From contig CAZWKL010000006.1 of assembly GCA_964633875.1 (NCBI GenBank), positions 19,144 to 83,143 on the forward strand: a DNA stretch of 64,000 nt, written 5' to 3'. This DNA is from an uncultured Pseudomonadales bacterium (GTDB taxonomy: Bacteria; Patescibacteriota; Microgenomatia; UBA1400; PJMF01). Numbering within the stretch: position 1 is the first letter of the stretch; the number at the start of each line of letters is the position of its first letter. This document shows, piece by piece, positions 47,016-56,852 of the stretch. Position numbers and translations under genes: made by a program. The notes under the pieces were generated by a model. That model ran no database searches. It was given only the letters and a program-made list of their open reading frames with translations, and was not told the origin of the DNA.

Positions 47016-47163
47016 AGTGAGTTGAATTTCATTAAGTCTTTTTAGACTAACCTGCCCCTGAGTTTTAACCAATGTCCTGGAGAATTAGCTCACGGGTTGT
47101 AGCTTCGACTAAGTTTTGGCTTCGACTAAAAAAAATACAAACAAAACGAACAAGAGAAGGAAA

Positions 47164-48738
47164 ATGTTACAAACCGCACTACCCGCCGCAGAAACAAAAA
47201 AAATTTGGCAGCAAACCTGTTCACAGTTACAACTACAGCTTTCTCCCGCGGTGTACAGCACCTGGATTATTTCCAACCCCATTACCAGCATTGTTTATCA
47301 AGATGAAAATACAGCTGAAATAATCATCACCAGCCCCACCGCCTTCCACTCCACCAATCTCAAAAAAAACCTGCACATTCATCTCAAAAACGCCCTCGAC
47401 AGAATCATTGGTCGAGATACCACCATCATTTACAAAGTGGGTGATCCGTCAGCGTCTTCGTCGGAGCCCAAAAATCAGCAAGGTTTTCAGGCCATCAGGG
47501 CCACCATTCTTCCCGATCCCCCTCAACAAAACGCCCCAGAAACAGCGGGTTTTGTAGAGGGAGCGGAACAAGTTGGTTTTTCAACTCAAGACCAAGCGCC
47601 TTTTTCCTCAGCCAGCGCTTCGGGAGCGGCTTCTCCGCGGGTGGAGGATCTTTTTTCCGAAGACATTATGAAGTCGGCCGCCCTCGATCGCACTCAGGCC
47701 ATTGCCAGAAAAGTGGGGCTGCGGGCGGATTATACCTTCACCACCTTTGCTGTTTCCACCACCAACGAAATGGCCCACGCGGCGGCTACCGCCGTTTCCA
47801 ACCGCCCCGGCCAGTCGTACAACCCACTTTTTCTTTACGGCGGGGTGGGGGTGGGCAAAACTCACTTGATGCACGCCATCGGTTTTAACATCCTTTCCAA
47901 CAACCCCAACACCCGGATTATCTACTGCACCGGCGAGGAGTTCACCAACGAAATTGTTCACGCCATCCAGACTAAAAAAGCCAACACCTTTAAATCAAAG
48001 TACCGCAACGCCGACGTGCTATTAATTGACGACGTCCAGTTCATCGCCGGCAAAAACGCGGTTCAGGAGGAGTTTTTCCATACCTTCAACGCCCTCACCA
48101 AACAACAAAGTCAAATTGTTTTGACCTCAGACCGCCCGCCCTACGAAATCACCCTCCTTGAGGACCGGCTGCGCTCGCGCTTTGAAGCGGGGTTGATGAT
48201 TGACATTCAGCAGCCATCTTTTGAACTGCGCACCGCCATTTTGCTGGTCAAAGCCAAGGCTGCCAAACTACAAATTCCCATCGAGTTGGCCAAAACCATT
48301 GCTTCGCAAGTGGAAAGTGCAAGGAAAATAGAAGGAATTATCACTAGTATTAGATCAGCGGTGGAGTTGAGAAACAGAGAAATTACTCCTGAGCTGATCG
48401 AGGAAATTCTCAAGGTTGAGATTACCGACAAGCGGCCGCCCATCAAGGCCTCGCCCCAGGATGTAATCAGAACCGTGGCCAACCACTACCACCTCAAGCA
48501 AACGGCCATCAAGGGCAAAAGGCGGGTAAAATCATTGGTGCAAGCCAGGCACGTAGCCATGTATTTGCTCAAAGAAGAACTTGACTTGCCGCTGGTGGAG
48601 ATCGGTAAGTGGTTCTCCAACCGCGACCACACCACCGTGCTGCACGCGGTCAACAAAATTGAAGACTTAATTGTGGGAGATATCAGGATGCAAAGGGATG
48701 TTTCCGCCCTCAGAATGACTTTGGCGGCCACTAACTAG
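47164..48738 (+). CDS. dnaA: chromosomal replication initiator DnaA
   Basis: YNPLFLYGGVGVGKTHL, LLIDDVQF, QEEFFHTFN, RLRSRFEAGL, RDHTTVLHA; start ATG 47164 (ORF track starts at 47116). Confidence 0.97.
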   Translation: MLQTALPAAETKKIWQQTCSQLQLQLSPAVYSTWIISNPITSIVYQDENTAEIIITSPTAFHSTNLKKNLHIHLKNALDRIIGRDTTIIYKVGDPSASSSEPKNQQGFQAIRATILPDPPQQNAPETAGFVEGAEQVGFSTQDQAPFSSASASGAASPRVEDLFSEDIMKSAALDRTQAIARKVGLRADYTFTTFAVSTTNEMAHAAATAVSNRPGQSYNPLFLYGGVGVGKTHLMHAIGFNILSNNPNTRIIYCTGEEFTNEIVHAIQTKKANTFKSKYRNADVLLIDDVQFIAGKNAVQEEFFHTFNALTKQQSQIVLTSDRPPYEITLLEDRLRSRFEAGLMIDIQQPSFELRTAILLVKAKAAKLQIPIELAKTIASQVESARKIEGIITSIRSAVELRNREITPELIEEILKVEITDKRPPIKASPQDVIRTVANHYHLKQTAIKGKRRVKSLVQARHVAMYLLKEELDLPLVEIGKWFSNRDHTTVLHAVNKIEDLIVGDIRMQRDVSALRMTLAATN

Positions 48739-49034
48739 GGGCAGCCGGTCACCAAGATTTCCACAAATGTGGAAAAGTCTGTTGAAAACGTGAGGATTGT
48801 AATGTGAACAGTTGTGAAGAAAGTGATTACAATGTGGATTGCGGGACTAAGTTCTCCAAATTACCAACAACAATCCAAAGTGATTGTTCACAACTGTCGC
48901 CAGAGGAATATCAACAATCAGTCCACGCCAGTTTTTCCAGAGGTGAAAACCGGCTTTTTCCACGTTTACCAATTCCTCTACTACTAACACAACTAGATTA
49001 ATATATATACTAAAAATAATTATTAGAAGAACTT
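48739..49034. other. putative oriC (dnaA-dnaN intergenic region)
   Basis: Many degenerate DnaA boxes (ATTTCCACA 48757, TGTGGAAAA 48768, TGTTGAAAA 48780, TTTTCCACG ~48956), then CTACTACTAAC DnaA-trio-like run and an AT-rich stretch before dnaN. Confidence 0.8.
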
Positions 49035-50159
49035 ATGAAAATTAAAGTTTTACAAGAAAACCTTAGTCAGTCGCTCAACTACCTGCAAAAGGCTATTCCT
49101 AACAAACCTCAGCTGCCGATTCTCTCGTCCATTCATATCCAGGTTAAGAAAAATGAATGCATTTTTTCTGCTACCGATTTATATCTGGGTGTTAGGTCTT
49201 CTGCGCAGGCAGAAGCAGATCAAACGGGAGAGATAGTAATTCCGGGAAAAGAGTTTCGAGAAATTATTACCTCTCTTCCTCCTGGAGTAATTACTCTTGA
49301 GTATGTAGACGGAACCCTAAGGATTAAGTCAAAGAAAACCAAAGTTGCTCTGCAGTGCTATAACAGCGAAGAATATCCGGACTTTCCTGCAGTAGAAGGA
49401 GATGAATATGCTCTTTCAGGTGATTATCTGAAAAAAATTGAGCAATACCTTTTATTTAGCGCCTCTAGCGACCAAGCAAGGCCGGTACTAACGGCAATTC
49501 TCTTTGATTTTGACGAAAGCGGTCTGAGAGTAGTGAGCACGGACGGCTTCAGGCTAAGCCTGATGCAATTAGGAGCAGACGCTGGAGTAAAAAATCGAGA
49601 CGACTCTGGCGGTCAGCTACTAGTGCCTGCAAAAGCGCTTGGTGAGGCATTTCGCATCAGCAGCCAGCTAGGTGTAGATGAGGTCCGTTTTAAAGTGTCT
49701 GAGGAGCTTAAACAAGTGTTTTTTTCCATCAACAGCGTTGAGATGTATGTGCGGCTGATTGAAGGCAGTTATCCTCCTTATGAAAAAATTATTCCCTCGT
49801 CTTCTTCCACCGAGGTTTCGTTCGATACTCAGGAGTTGACGAATAATATTAAGCAGGCGATGATTTTTGCCAGAGAATCTTCAAACATTGTTAAGTTCGA
49901 GTTTTCTTCTAAAAACTGCTCTGTTTTGGCTGAATCTCCTACCCTAGGATCTTTTGTCGGAGACCTGGAGCAGGCGGTTGTTAGTGGCGATCGGGCGGAA
50001 ATTGCTTTTAATGCCAGATATTTGTTGGATTTTCTTCAGGCAGTTAAGTCTGAAACGGTTAAATTTTCCATGACGGACAGCTTGAAACCGGCCACTTTCA
50101 CCACCGACGATTTGAGTAATTATCAGTATGTAGTTATGCCGTTCAAAGTGAACCGCTAA
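49035..50159 (+). CDS. dnaN: DNA polymerase III beta sliding clamp
   Basis: LPILSSI, ATDL, RPVLTAI, VSTDGFRL, RLIEGSYPPYEKIIP, AFNARYLLD, YVVMP. Confidence 0.97.
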   Translation: MKIKVLQENLSQSLNYLQKAIPNKPQLPILSSIHIQVKKNECIFSATDLYLGVRSSAQAEADQTGEIVIPGKEFREIITSLPPGVITLEYVDGTLRIKSKKTKVALQCYNSEEYPDFPAVEGDEYALSGDYLKKIEQYLLFSASSDQARPVLTAILFDFDESGLRVVSTDGFRLSLMQLGADAGVKNRDDSGGQLLVPAKALGEAFRISSQLGVDEVRFKVSEELKQVFFSINSVEMYVRLIEGSYPPYEKIIPSSSSTEVSFDTQELTNNIKQAMIFARESSNIVKFEFSSKNCSVLAESPTLGSFVGDLEQAVVSGDRAEIAFNARYLLDFLQAVKSETVKFSMTDSLKPATFTTDDLSNYQYVVMPFKVNR

Positions 50160-50211
50160 CAATGGAGATAGTTCTAGCACACCTGAAAAGCTATGCTATA
50201 ATGTCGACCCT

Positions 50212-50346
50212 ATGCCAAAGAGAACCTGGAATCCTAAACAAAAAAAACGAGTGCGCAAATTTGGTTTTCGCAACAGAGCCAAGGGTGTGTTAAAAAACAG
50301 ACGCGCTAAGGGCCGCACTAAGTTAGCTCACTCCAAGAAACGGTAA
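50212..50346 (+). CDS. rpmH: 50S ribosomal protein L34
   Basis: Below the ORF-track cutoff; manual translation MPKRTWNPKQKKRVRKFGFRNRAKGVLKNRRAKGRTKLAHSKKR*; position before rnpA. Confidence 0.92.
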   Translation: MPKRTWNPKQKKRVRKFGFRNRAKGVLKNRRAKGRTKLAHSKKR

Positions 50347-50384
50347 TTTCAACTTCTTCGAGAGAATGAGATAATACACTTAAT

Positions 50385-50732
50385 ATGCTTCCTAAAAAGT
50401 TGAAGTTGAAATTGCGCGACGAGACGGATTTTTTTAAAAAAGCCAAGCGCGGTTTTTCAAAATCTTTCACTGTTTTTTATCAAAAGAGCCTTGCTGGCCC
50501 TCGGGTAGCCGTGGTGGTGCCTAAAAAAGTTTCCGCAAAAGCTGTAGAAAGAAACAGGATCAAAAGGCTGATGAGCGCGGTGGCGAGTGGCGTTGTAGCA
50601 ACCAGCCCAGATGTCCCCTACTCCATGGTCCTGGTGGCAAAAGCTACTGCCGGGAAAATGGACGATAGCGAACTTTTTGAAGAGATGAAACAAATGATTG
50701 AGAAAATAATCGAAGAACATGAAAAAAAATGA
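50385..50732 (+). CDS. rnpA: ribonuclease P protein component
   Basis: RVAVVVPKKVSAKAVERNRIKR (RNR motif); synteny. Confidence 0.93.
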   Translation: MLPKKLKLKLRDETDFFKKAKRGFSKSFTVFYQKSLAGPRVAVVVPKKVSAKAVERNRIKRLMSAVASGVVATSPDVPYSMVLVAKATAGKMDDSELFEEMKQMIEKIIEEHEKK

Positions 50733-50943
50733 AAAAACGACCGGGAACCAGTTTAAAATCATCCTGAGAGGATATCAGTTTTTCAGAACCGCCAGATACA
50801 ACTTTCTTTACAGCGCCTTTGGCTACGTCAGTCACTGCCGGCACCGGCCAGCTTGTGGTACGTATTTGCTGAGAAAAATCCAAAAAGAAGGCTTGCTCTT
50901 GGGAGGAGCTAAGGGTATACTGCGTGTTCTGCGCTGCTGGTAA
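50719..50943 (+). CDS. yidD: membrane protein insertion efficiency factor YidD
   Basis: ILRGYQ..CRHRPACGTY..GLLLGGAKGILRVLRC; located between rnpA and yidC. Confidence 0.8.
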   Translation: MKKNEKTTGNQFKIILRGYQFFRTARYNFLYSAFGYVSHCRHRPACGTYLLRKIQKEGLLLGGAKGILRVLRCW

Positions 50944-51015
50944 TTTAGCTGATAACTTGGCACCAGTGGCACGTGGTACAATAAATACTTAGAACCGATT
51001 GAACAGAACCAGAGC

Positions 51016-51774
51016 ATGCAAGTTTTCTCAGAATTCCTTCTTAATATTTTGCTGTTTTTGACCGATATAACGGGCAATTTAGGCTTTTCTATTATTGTTT
51101 TTACGATTATCATTCGCACGGCTTTGCTGCCAGTGACAGTCCCCTCTCTTAAAGCCAGTCGCAAAATGCAAAGTCTGCAGCCGGAGATTAAGAAACTCAA
51201 GGCAAAATTCGGCAAAGACAAACAGGGTCTGCAGGCCGCCCAGATGGAGCTCTACAAAAAATATAACGTCAATCCCCTGGCGGGATGCTTGCCGCAAGTG
51301 GTTCAACTGGTGGTGCTGATTTTCCTCTATCGAGTGTTGATAAATTTCTTGGGTAATCCGGAGCTGAATGGCAACGGCATTAACACCAGCTTCCTTTGGC
51401 TTGACCTAACCCAAGCAGACAAACTTTTTATCCTGCCGGTTTTGGCTGCAACCACCCAGTTGGTGCTTTCAATTATGATTTCTCCGGGAGCAGAAAAGGC
51501 GGACGCTGTCCCCAACACCTCAAAGAAAAAAGCGGTCCAGGAAGCCAACAAAAAAGAAGAGGATTTTGCCGAGATGGCCCAGTCCATGCAGCAGCAGATG
51601 ATTTACATTATGCCGGTTTTTACCGGTATTATTGCCGCCACTTTTCCGTCTGGCCTGGCCCTTTATTGGGTAAGCACCACGGTCTTTAGTATTATTCAGC
51701 AGTTTTTTATTTCCGGGCCAGGAGGTCTGAAAATTTACGCCAACCGGACGTTAGCTTTATTGTCTAAGAATTAA
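51016..51774 (+). CDS. yidC: membrane protein insertase YidC/Oxa1
   Basis: GFSIIVFTIIIR..LQPEIKKL..NPLAGCLP..FLWLDL..PSGLALYW. Confidence 0.95.
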   Translation: MQVFSEFLLNILLFLTDITGNLGFSIIVFTIIIRTALLPVTVPSLKASRKMQSLQPEIKKLKAKFGKDKQGLQAAQMELYKKYNVNPLAGCLPQVVQLVVLIFLYRVLINFLGNPELNGNGINTSFLWLDLTQADKLFILPVLAATTQLVLSIMISPGAEKADAVPNTSKKKAVQEANKKEEDFAEMAQSMQQQMIYIMPVFTGIIAATFPSGLALYWVSTTVFSIIQQFFISGPGGLKIYANRTLALLSKN

Positions 51775-51792
51775 AAACATTGAAGGGTAGGT

Positions 51793-52251
51793 ATGACGAT
51801 TCCAGACTTTTTGCTCCAACTAACTGAACACTGCGGTTTAAGCGCGGAAGAAGCGAGTGTTTCCATGGAGGAAGACGGAGAAAACCTCTTGGTGCAACTG
51901 GATTTACCCGAGGTAGACTCCGGGCTTTTTATTGGCTATCATGGCGAAACCCTCAACTCGATCCAAAGAATTCTAAGACTAACTTTTCAGCGGGAAATTG
52001 ACAAGCGCATTAAACTCAACATCAACCAATATCGCGAAGGCAGGGAAGAAAAGCTGGTGGAAATGGCTAATAGCGCCGCCAAAAAGGTTTTGGAAACTGG
52101 CGAACGGCATGTTTTCAATTATTACCTTCCACCTCACGAAAGGTATGTGATCCACAGCACAATCTCTGATAATCCGGATTATACCGAACTGGAAAGTGTA
52201 TCAAGTGGTGAAGGAAAGGACCGCAAACTAGTCGTACAGTTGAGACGATGA
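51793..52251 (+). CDS. jag: Jag/KhpB-like RNA-binding protein (KH plus R3H)
   Basis: GLFIGYHGETLNSIQ KH loop; PHERYVIH R3H; SSGEGKDR. Confidence 0.85.
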   Translation: MTIPDFLLQLTEHCGLSAEEASVSMEEDGENLLVQLDLPEVDSGLFIGYHGETLNSIQRILRLTFQREIDKRIKLNINQYREGREEKLVEMANSAAKKVLETGERHVFNYYLPPHERYVIHSTISDNPDYTELESVSSGEGKDRKLVVQLRR

Positions 52252-52382
52252 AAACACAATAAGATTTGGTTGGTTCCCACTAGTTTATAAGTACATTCAT
52301 AAGAAAAAAAGCCCGATGTATTGGTAAATTTTTACTATTCGGATACAAATATAATTCAAAAATTAATGGTTAAAGCAGTAAT

Positions 52383-52811
52383 ATGAGCATTGTTATTCAC
52401 ACCGACGGAGGGTCGAGAGGTAATCCCGGAAAAGCCGCCATCGGCGTTGTGGTTTTTGAGGGCGGCGAGGTCGTTTATGAGCTGTCTTCCTATATAGGCA
52501 TTGCCACCAACAACGAAGCCGAGTATCAAGCCCTCATTGCGGCCCTGGAGTGGTTGCGGGCCAATCAGGAAAAACTTGGGGAGAGAGCGGCCGGCCCGGT
52601 TGTTTTCAAATTGGATTCCAAGTTGGTAGTTGAGCAGGTGAATAAAAGATGGAAAATCAAAGAAGCAAGACTGAGAAACCTGGCAGAAAAATGCTGGGCG
52701 CTATTGGCGACAATTACCATACCAACCAAAATTACCCATGTTTTGCGATCTAGAAATGCCGACGCCGATGCCCTGGCTAATCAAGCCCTTGATGCCCAAG
52801 CCGGGCCGTAG
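52383..52811 (+). CDS. rnhA: ribonuclease HI family protein
   Basis: HTDGGSRGNPG, TNNEAEY, DSKLVVEQV, HVLRSRNADADALAN. Confidence 0.92.
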   Translation: MSIVIHTDGGSRGNPGKAAIGVVVFEGGEVVYELSSYIGIATNNEAEYQALIAALEWLRANQEKLGERAAGPVVFKLDSKLVVEQVNKRWKIKEARLRNLAEKCWALLATITIPTKITHVLRSRNADADALANQALDAQAGP

Positions 52812-52885
52812 TCGCCCTTTATCTGCCCCAAATTTTCCTCTAGAATACGTTTAGTACTAGTACAATTTTATTTTACAGCCTGCCT

Positions 52886-55849
52886 ATGTCGAAGCAGTAC
52901 ATTACTGAATTTGTTGCCGACAAACCTCTAATCGTGGTTTGCGGTATTCCCTCGAGGCTAACCAAAAGCATTGGCGAGGCTGTTGCTGCCGGCGGCGTTC
53001 AAAGCGTGGTGGTGGACCTGTTTTCAGAGCAACTCAGCCGGAGCTTGCTTGATGCCGCCTACAAGGTGGTGTGGGTTAATGAAGAGCAGGATGTAGAAAG
53101 CGATTTTTATCAGGTTGCAATTTCCCAACTAATCAGAGCTGAAAACAAATGTGTTGTGATACAACCTCTTAAAACCGCGGTGAAATCTCCTCGAAACAGC
53201 GCCGATTTTGGCTTTGAGTGGGCTGAAAACAGCGAAAACTTGCGAAATTTAATTTTGGACATTAATTATCGCTTACCAAGAGCGTCTTTTATTTTTGGTC
53301 AGGATATCTTGGATCCGGCCAACCCAGCCCTATCTCCTCTCGACTACGCCCTGACCAAGCTCCAGTCTGGCTATATTTATGATCCGGATATTGATTGGCG
53401 CCTACAAAGCGCGGAAGATTTTGCCAGGGTCGCGGCGGAACTGATTTTTAGGCCACAAAACGCTGGCAGCTACCTAGTTTCTTCTCCCCCGCAGGGAAGT
53501 ACAGCACTTCTCCATCAGATTAGAAACAAGTATGAGCAGTATCATTCGGTGGCGATTATGATTCAGGACAAGCCTCAGGTTGAGGATGAAAGCCTGCCCT
53601 TTTCAGCGACACAAGTTGAGGGAAACGGGATTAATACCGATGATCTGACCAAGTTTGTGAGAGCGCTCCCCACTCCGGCTTTTGCTGATTTGCCGAGGGT
53701 TGAGAGCGTTTTGAAAAATGAGCTGAACAAGCCGGTTGAGCCAGGGGCTGGGTTGATGGCTGATCCGGTGGCCAAACCAGAGGTAGAACCAAATGTGGCG
53801 CCGCCACCAACGCCCGCGCCCACACCCACGCTTCAACCAATCCCCTCTCCACCGGCAAAAAACGCCAAAAAAGCCGTTTCCCTCAAAAAGAACAAGGATA
53901 TCGATGTGAGCGATGAGTTGCAAAAAATATTTTCTACCACCAGAGCAACTCAGCGGGTGAGCCGCATCAACAACAAGGCAAAAACGGAGAAAAAACAGCG
54001 CCGGAAGAAGAAACAAAGAACCGCTTTGTTTTGGGGAGGAATGGCGAGCATCGTCACTGCCTCAATTGTGCTGATTCTGACGGCAGTTTTCTTTACCACC
54101 CAGCTCCTGATGAAGCGTTCACTCCTGGCGGTAATAATCGACGCTTCTCAAGTTCAAGCCTCAGAATTGGTAGAAAAGAAATCTTGGGAAAACTTGGTTA
54201 AAATCAACAAAGCCATGGCGCTTCAAACTAACGCCTACTCAAATCTTCTCTCTGCCAACATGTTTTCTCAGGCTAATTTACTGCTCCAACTAACCGAGCA
54301 AATTGAAGAAATGGCCAATTCCGTGGACCAAACCCGTGAAATGAGCAAGGCGCTGGTTTTGCAAGTTTTGGGCATAGAGGGCGGAGATAGTATTGAAACA
54401 GCGCAAAAACTGCAGTCACAGGCCGTTAGAACCTACGAAAACCTCTCTTTGTTGCAGGCGGGACTAAGTCAGGTGAAGATTGATAAGGACGATATCGCCG
54501 TTTCTGACTTGTTCAAGCAGTACGAAACTCAAGTAAAAGAAGTGCGCCAAGGTTTGGCTACCGCCCAGCAGATTGATCCACACCTAAGTGAGCTCACCGG
54601 CAGAAACGGCAAAAAAACCTATGCCCTACTGCTGCAAAACAACCAAGAGTTGAGGCCAACTGGCGGCTTTATTCAGGCGGTGGCCCTATTGAGCTTCGAC
54701 CGCGGCTCTTTGGTTTCCTACCAGGTGTTTAGCAGCTACGAGCTGGATGACCGCTTTGTCGGCGAAGTCACTCCTCCGGAGGAAATTACTGAATATCTAA
54801 ATGAAAACAACTGGTTTTTCCGTGACAGCAACTGGAATCCCCACTTTCCGGATACTGCCAGGCAAACGGCTTGGTTTCTTGAAAAAACCACAGAAACCAA
54901 AATAGATGGAGTGATGGGCATGAATTTGTTGGTAATGGAAGACTTAATTGAGTCTCTCGGACCCCTGGAAGTAGAGGAATATGACGAGTTGATCACCCAC
55001 AGAAACTTGCAGGAAAGAATGGAATTTCACTCGGAGGTGATTTTGGTGCCGGAAAACGGCAAAAAAGATTATGGGGTGATTATTTTAGAAAAAATGATTG
55101 GAAAAATGAAAAACTTGCAGGGCCAAAAAGTACCGGGATTTTTGGCCGCGCTCAGCCAAAACCTCGAGTCTCAACAACTCACAATCACTATTTTTGACGA
55201 AAATATTCAAGACACTTTTAGTACTTTGGGTTGGACCGGCGCCATTATTGAACCGCAATGCCCTGCTCAATTAAGTGTGGCTGATTGCCACGTGGACACC
55301 ATTGCACAGGTAGAGGCCAATGTTGGGGTGAATAAAGCCAATTTTTACTTGAAAAGATCGGTGAACCACACTATTTCACTTGGGCCGGAGGCGGCCGAGC
55401 ATCAGCGGGTGGTAACTTTTCAAAACACTGCCAAAACCAATTCTTGGCCCAAGGGCAGTTACAAGTCTTATGTGAGGTTTTACTTGCCGGAGGCGGCTGA
55501 GCTGAGCGGTATTGATCTTGACGGCAAAAATGTGCCCGCGGACAAAATTAAACAGTATCAGGAAAGCGGCAAAAAAGTGGTGGGACTTTTGCTGGAGGTA
55601 CCGGTGGATTCCACTGCTCGGCTTGAGTTGAATTACTCCTCTCCTCTGTCGAGTGAGACGCCATTTTCCTATGTTTTCTTTAATCAAAAACAGTCGGGTA
55701 CGGCAGAAACTCCTATCACCATTAAGATTGTTGCCCCATCCAGGCTGATGCCGGCGCTAATTGCCCCTCAGGCCGAGGTGTCGGACAACACTATTATTTT
55801 TGATGACATTCAGGAGAAGCACTCGATTGTGGGTGTGACCTATCAGTAA
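52886..55849 (+). CDS. DUF4012 domain-containing membrane protein
   Basis: YALLLQNNQELRPTGGFI, RDSNWNPHFP, IDGVMG, EANVGVNKAN, NQKQSG; central TM. Confidence 0.85.
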   Translation: MSKQYITEFVADKPLIVVCGIPSRLTKSIGEAVAAGGVQSVVVDLFSEQLSRSLLDAAYKVVWVNEEQDVESDFYQVAISQLIRAENKCVVIQPLKTAVKSPRNSADFGFEWAENSENLRNLILDINYRLPRASFIFGQDILDPANPALSPLDYALTKLQSGYIYDPDIDWRLQSAEDFARVAAELIFRPQNAGSYLVSSPPQGSTALLHQIRNKYEQYHSVAIMIQDKPQVEDESLPFSATQVEGNGINTDDLTKFVRALPTPAFADLPRVESVLKNELNKPVEPGAGLMADPVAKPEVEPNVAPPPTPAPTPTLQPIPSPPAKNAKKAVSLKKNKDIDVSDELQKIFSTTRATQRVSRINNKAKTEKKQRRKKKQRTALFWGGMASIVTASIVLILTAVFFTTQLLMKRSLLAVIIDASQVQASELVEKKSWENLVKINKAMALQTNAYSNLLSANMFSQANLLLQLTEQIEEMANSVDQTREMSKALVLQVLGIEGGDSIETAQKLQSQAVRTYENLSLLQAGLSQVKIDKDDIAVSDLFKQYETQVKEVRQGLATAQQIDPHLSELTGRNGKKTYALLLQNNQELRPTGGFIQAVALLSFDRGSLVSYQVFSSYELDDRFVGEVTPPEEITEYLNENNWFFRDSNWNPHFPDTARQTAWFLEKTTETKIDGVMGMNLLVMEDLIESLGPLEVEEYDELITHRNLQERMEFHSEVILVPENGKKDYGVIILEKMIGKMKNLQGQKVPGFLAALSQNLESQQLTITIFDENIQDTFSTLGWTGAIIEPQCPAQLSVADCHVDTIAQVEANVGVNKANFYLKRSVNHTISLGPEAAEHQRVVTFQNTAKTNSWPKGSYKSYVRFYLPEAAELSGIDLDGKNVPADKIKQYQESGKKVVGLLLEVPVDSTARLELNYSSPLSSETPFSYVFFNQKQSGTAETPITIKIVAPSRLMPALIAPQAEVSDNTIIFDDIQEKHSIVGVTYQ

Positions 55850-55878
55850 TTTGATGAGCGAATCAATTTGCCCCACCA

Positions 55879-55962
55879 CAACCACTTCGACGTTGTTAAT
55901 AACTAACAGCATTTACTAACTGTTGTTAGTTATTGTTAATAGTTAACAAAACTCAAGGGATT
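55879..55962. repeat. 84-bp palindromic intergenic element, copy 2 (inverted relative to 202-285)
   Basis: AATAACTAACAGCA-9nt-TGTTGTTAGTTATT hairpin; reverse complement aligns ungapped to 202-285 at 72/84. Confidence 0.85.
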
Positions 55963-56070
55963 CCGCTGCGTCGGCTTGCTAAAGGGTCGGCAGGCCAATC
56001 AAAAACAGCTAGAATTAATCCGCAAACCCTGGTATAATCACTGCTCTATTGCCAGAGGAAAGGACAATTT

Positions 56071-56784
56071 ATGAACGCTGCCAAGAATGAAAAGACTATT
56101 TTTCATATTAAAAATCGTGACGTAGTGGGCAAAAAAGTTTCTCAATTACGGGCCAAGGGTATGCTGCCGGCCAATATTTATGGCTTGGGAGCAACGTCTC
56201 AGCCAGTGATGGTGGAAACTAAAGCCTTTAGCAAACTTTATGAAGAAGAGGGCGATACCGGCCTGATTTATCTCAGTCTTGAGGGGGAAAAAGAGCAAAT
56301 TCCTGTTTTAATTGATGAGGTTGATTATCACTCGGTGACGGGTGAAGTTTTACACGCGGTTTTCCGCCGGGTGAACTTGAGTGAAAAAATTACTGCCGAA
56401 GTGCCGGTTGAGCTGGTCGGTGAAAACGACGTGCCGGGGGCAACAGTGGTGATGGTCCGCGACATGCTGGAAGTGAGCGCTCTGCCCGCAGAACTGCCGG
56501 AGAACTTTGAGGTTGATATTGCTGCCCTCAAGGAAATTGGCGACTCTATTGCTATTAAAGATTTGGTGATTGATAAAGAAAAAGTCGAGATTGTGATGAC
56601 TGGCGATATGGACGAAGAATCGCCGCTGGTGATCTTGCAAGAAGTTAAGGAAGAGGAAGAGCCGGAAGAAGTTAGCGTGGATGATGTTGAGCTGGTGGGT
56701 GAAGAGGGCGAAGGGGGCGAAGGGGGCGAAAAAGCAACTGAAGAAGGCGCGCCAGAGGCTCAGGAAGAGAAGAGCGAGGAATAA
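56071..56784 (+). CDS. rplY: 50S ribosomal protein L25/Ctc
   Basis: GKKVSQLRAKGMLPANIYG, VLHAVFRRV, VPVELVGE, LPENFEVDI, acidic tail. Confidence 0.93.
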   Translation: MNAAKNEKTIFHIKNRDVVGKKVSQLRAKGMLPANIYGLGATSQPVMVETKAFSKLYEEEGDTGLIYLSLEGEKEQIPVLIDEVDYHSVTGEVLHAVFRRVNLSEKITAEVPVELVGENDVPGATVVMVRDMLEVSALPAELPENFEVDIAALKEIGDSIAIKDLVIDKEKVEIVMTGDMDEESPLVILQEVKEEEEPEEVSVDDVELVGEEGEGGEGGEKATEEGAPEAQEEKSEE

Positions 56785-56818
56785 GGTTGGTTTTGAGTTT
56801 GAAGGTTTGGGAGTTTGG

Positions 56819-56846
56819 GGCCCGCGCGTGCCGCGCGGGCCTTTTT
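56819..56846 (+). terminator. intrinsic terminator after rplY
   Basis: GGCCCGCGCG-TGC-CGCGCGGGCC-TTTTT. Confidence 0.85.
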
Positions 56847-56852
56847 AATGGC

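Noticed and set aside
52252-52382. Weak hairpin in the jag-rnhA spacer
   Set aside because: Imperfect AT-rich pairing, no similarity to the 84-bp element and no recognisable RNA family
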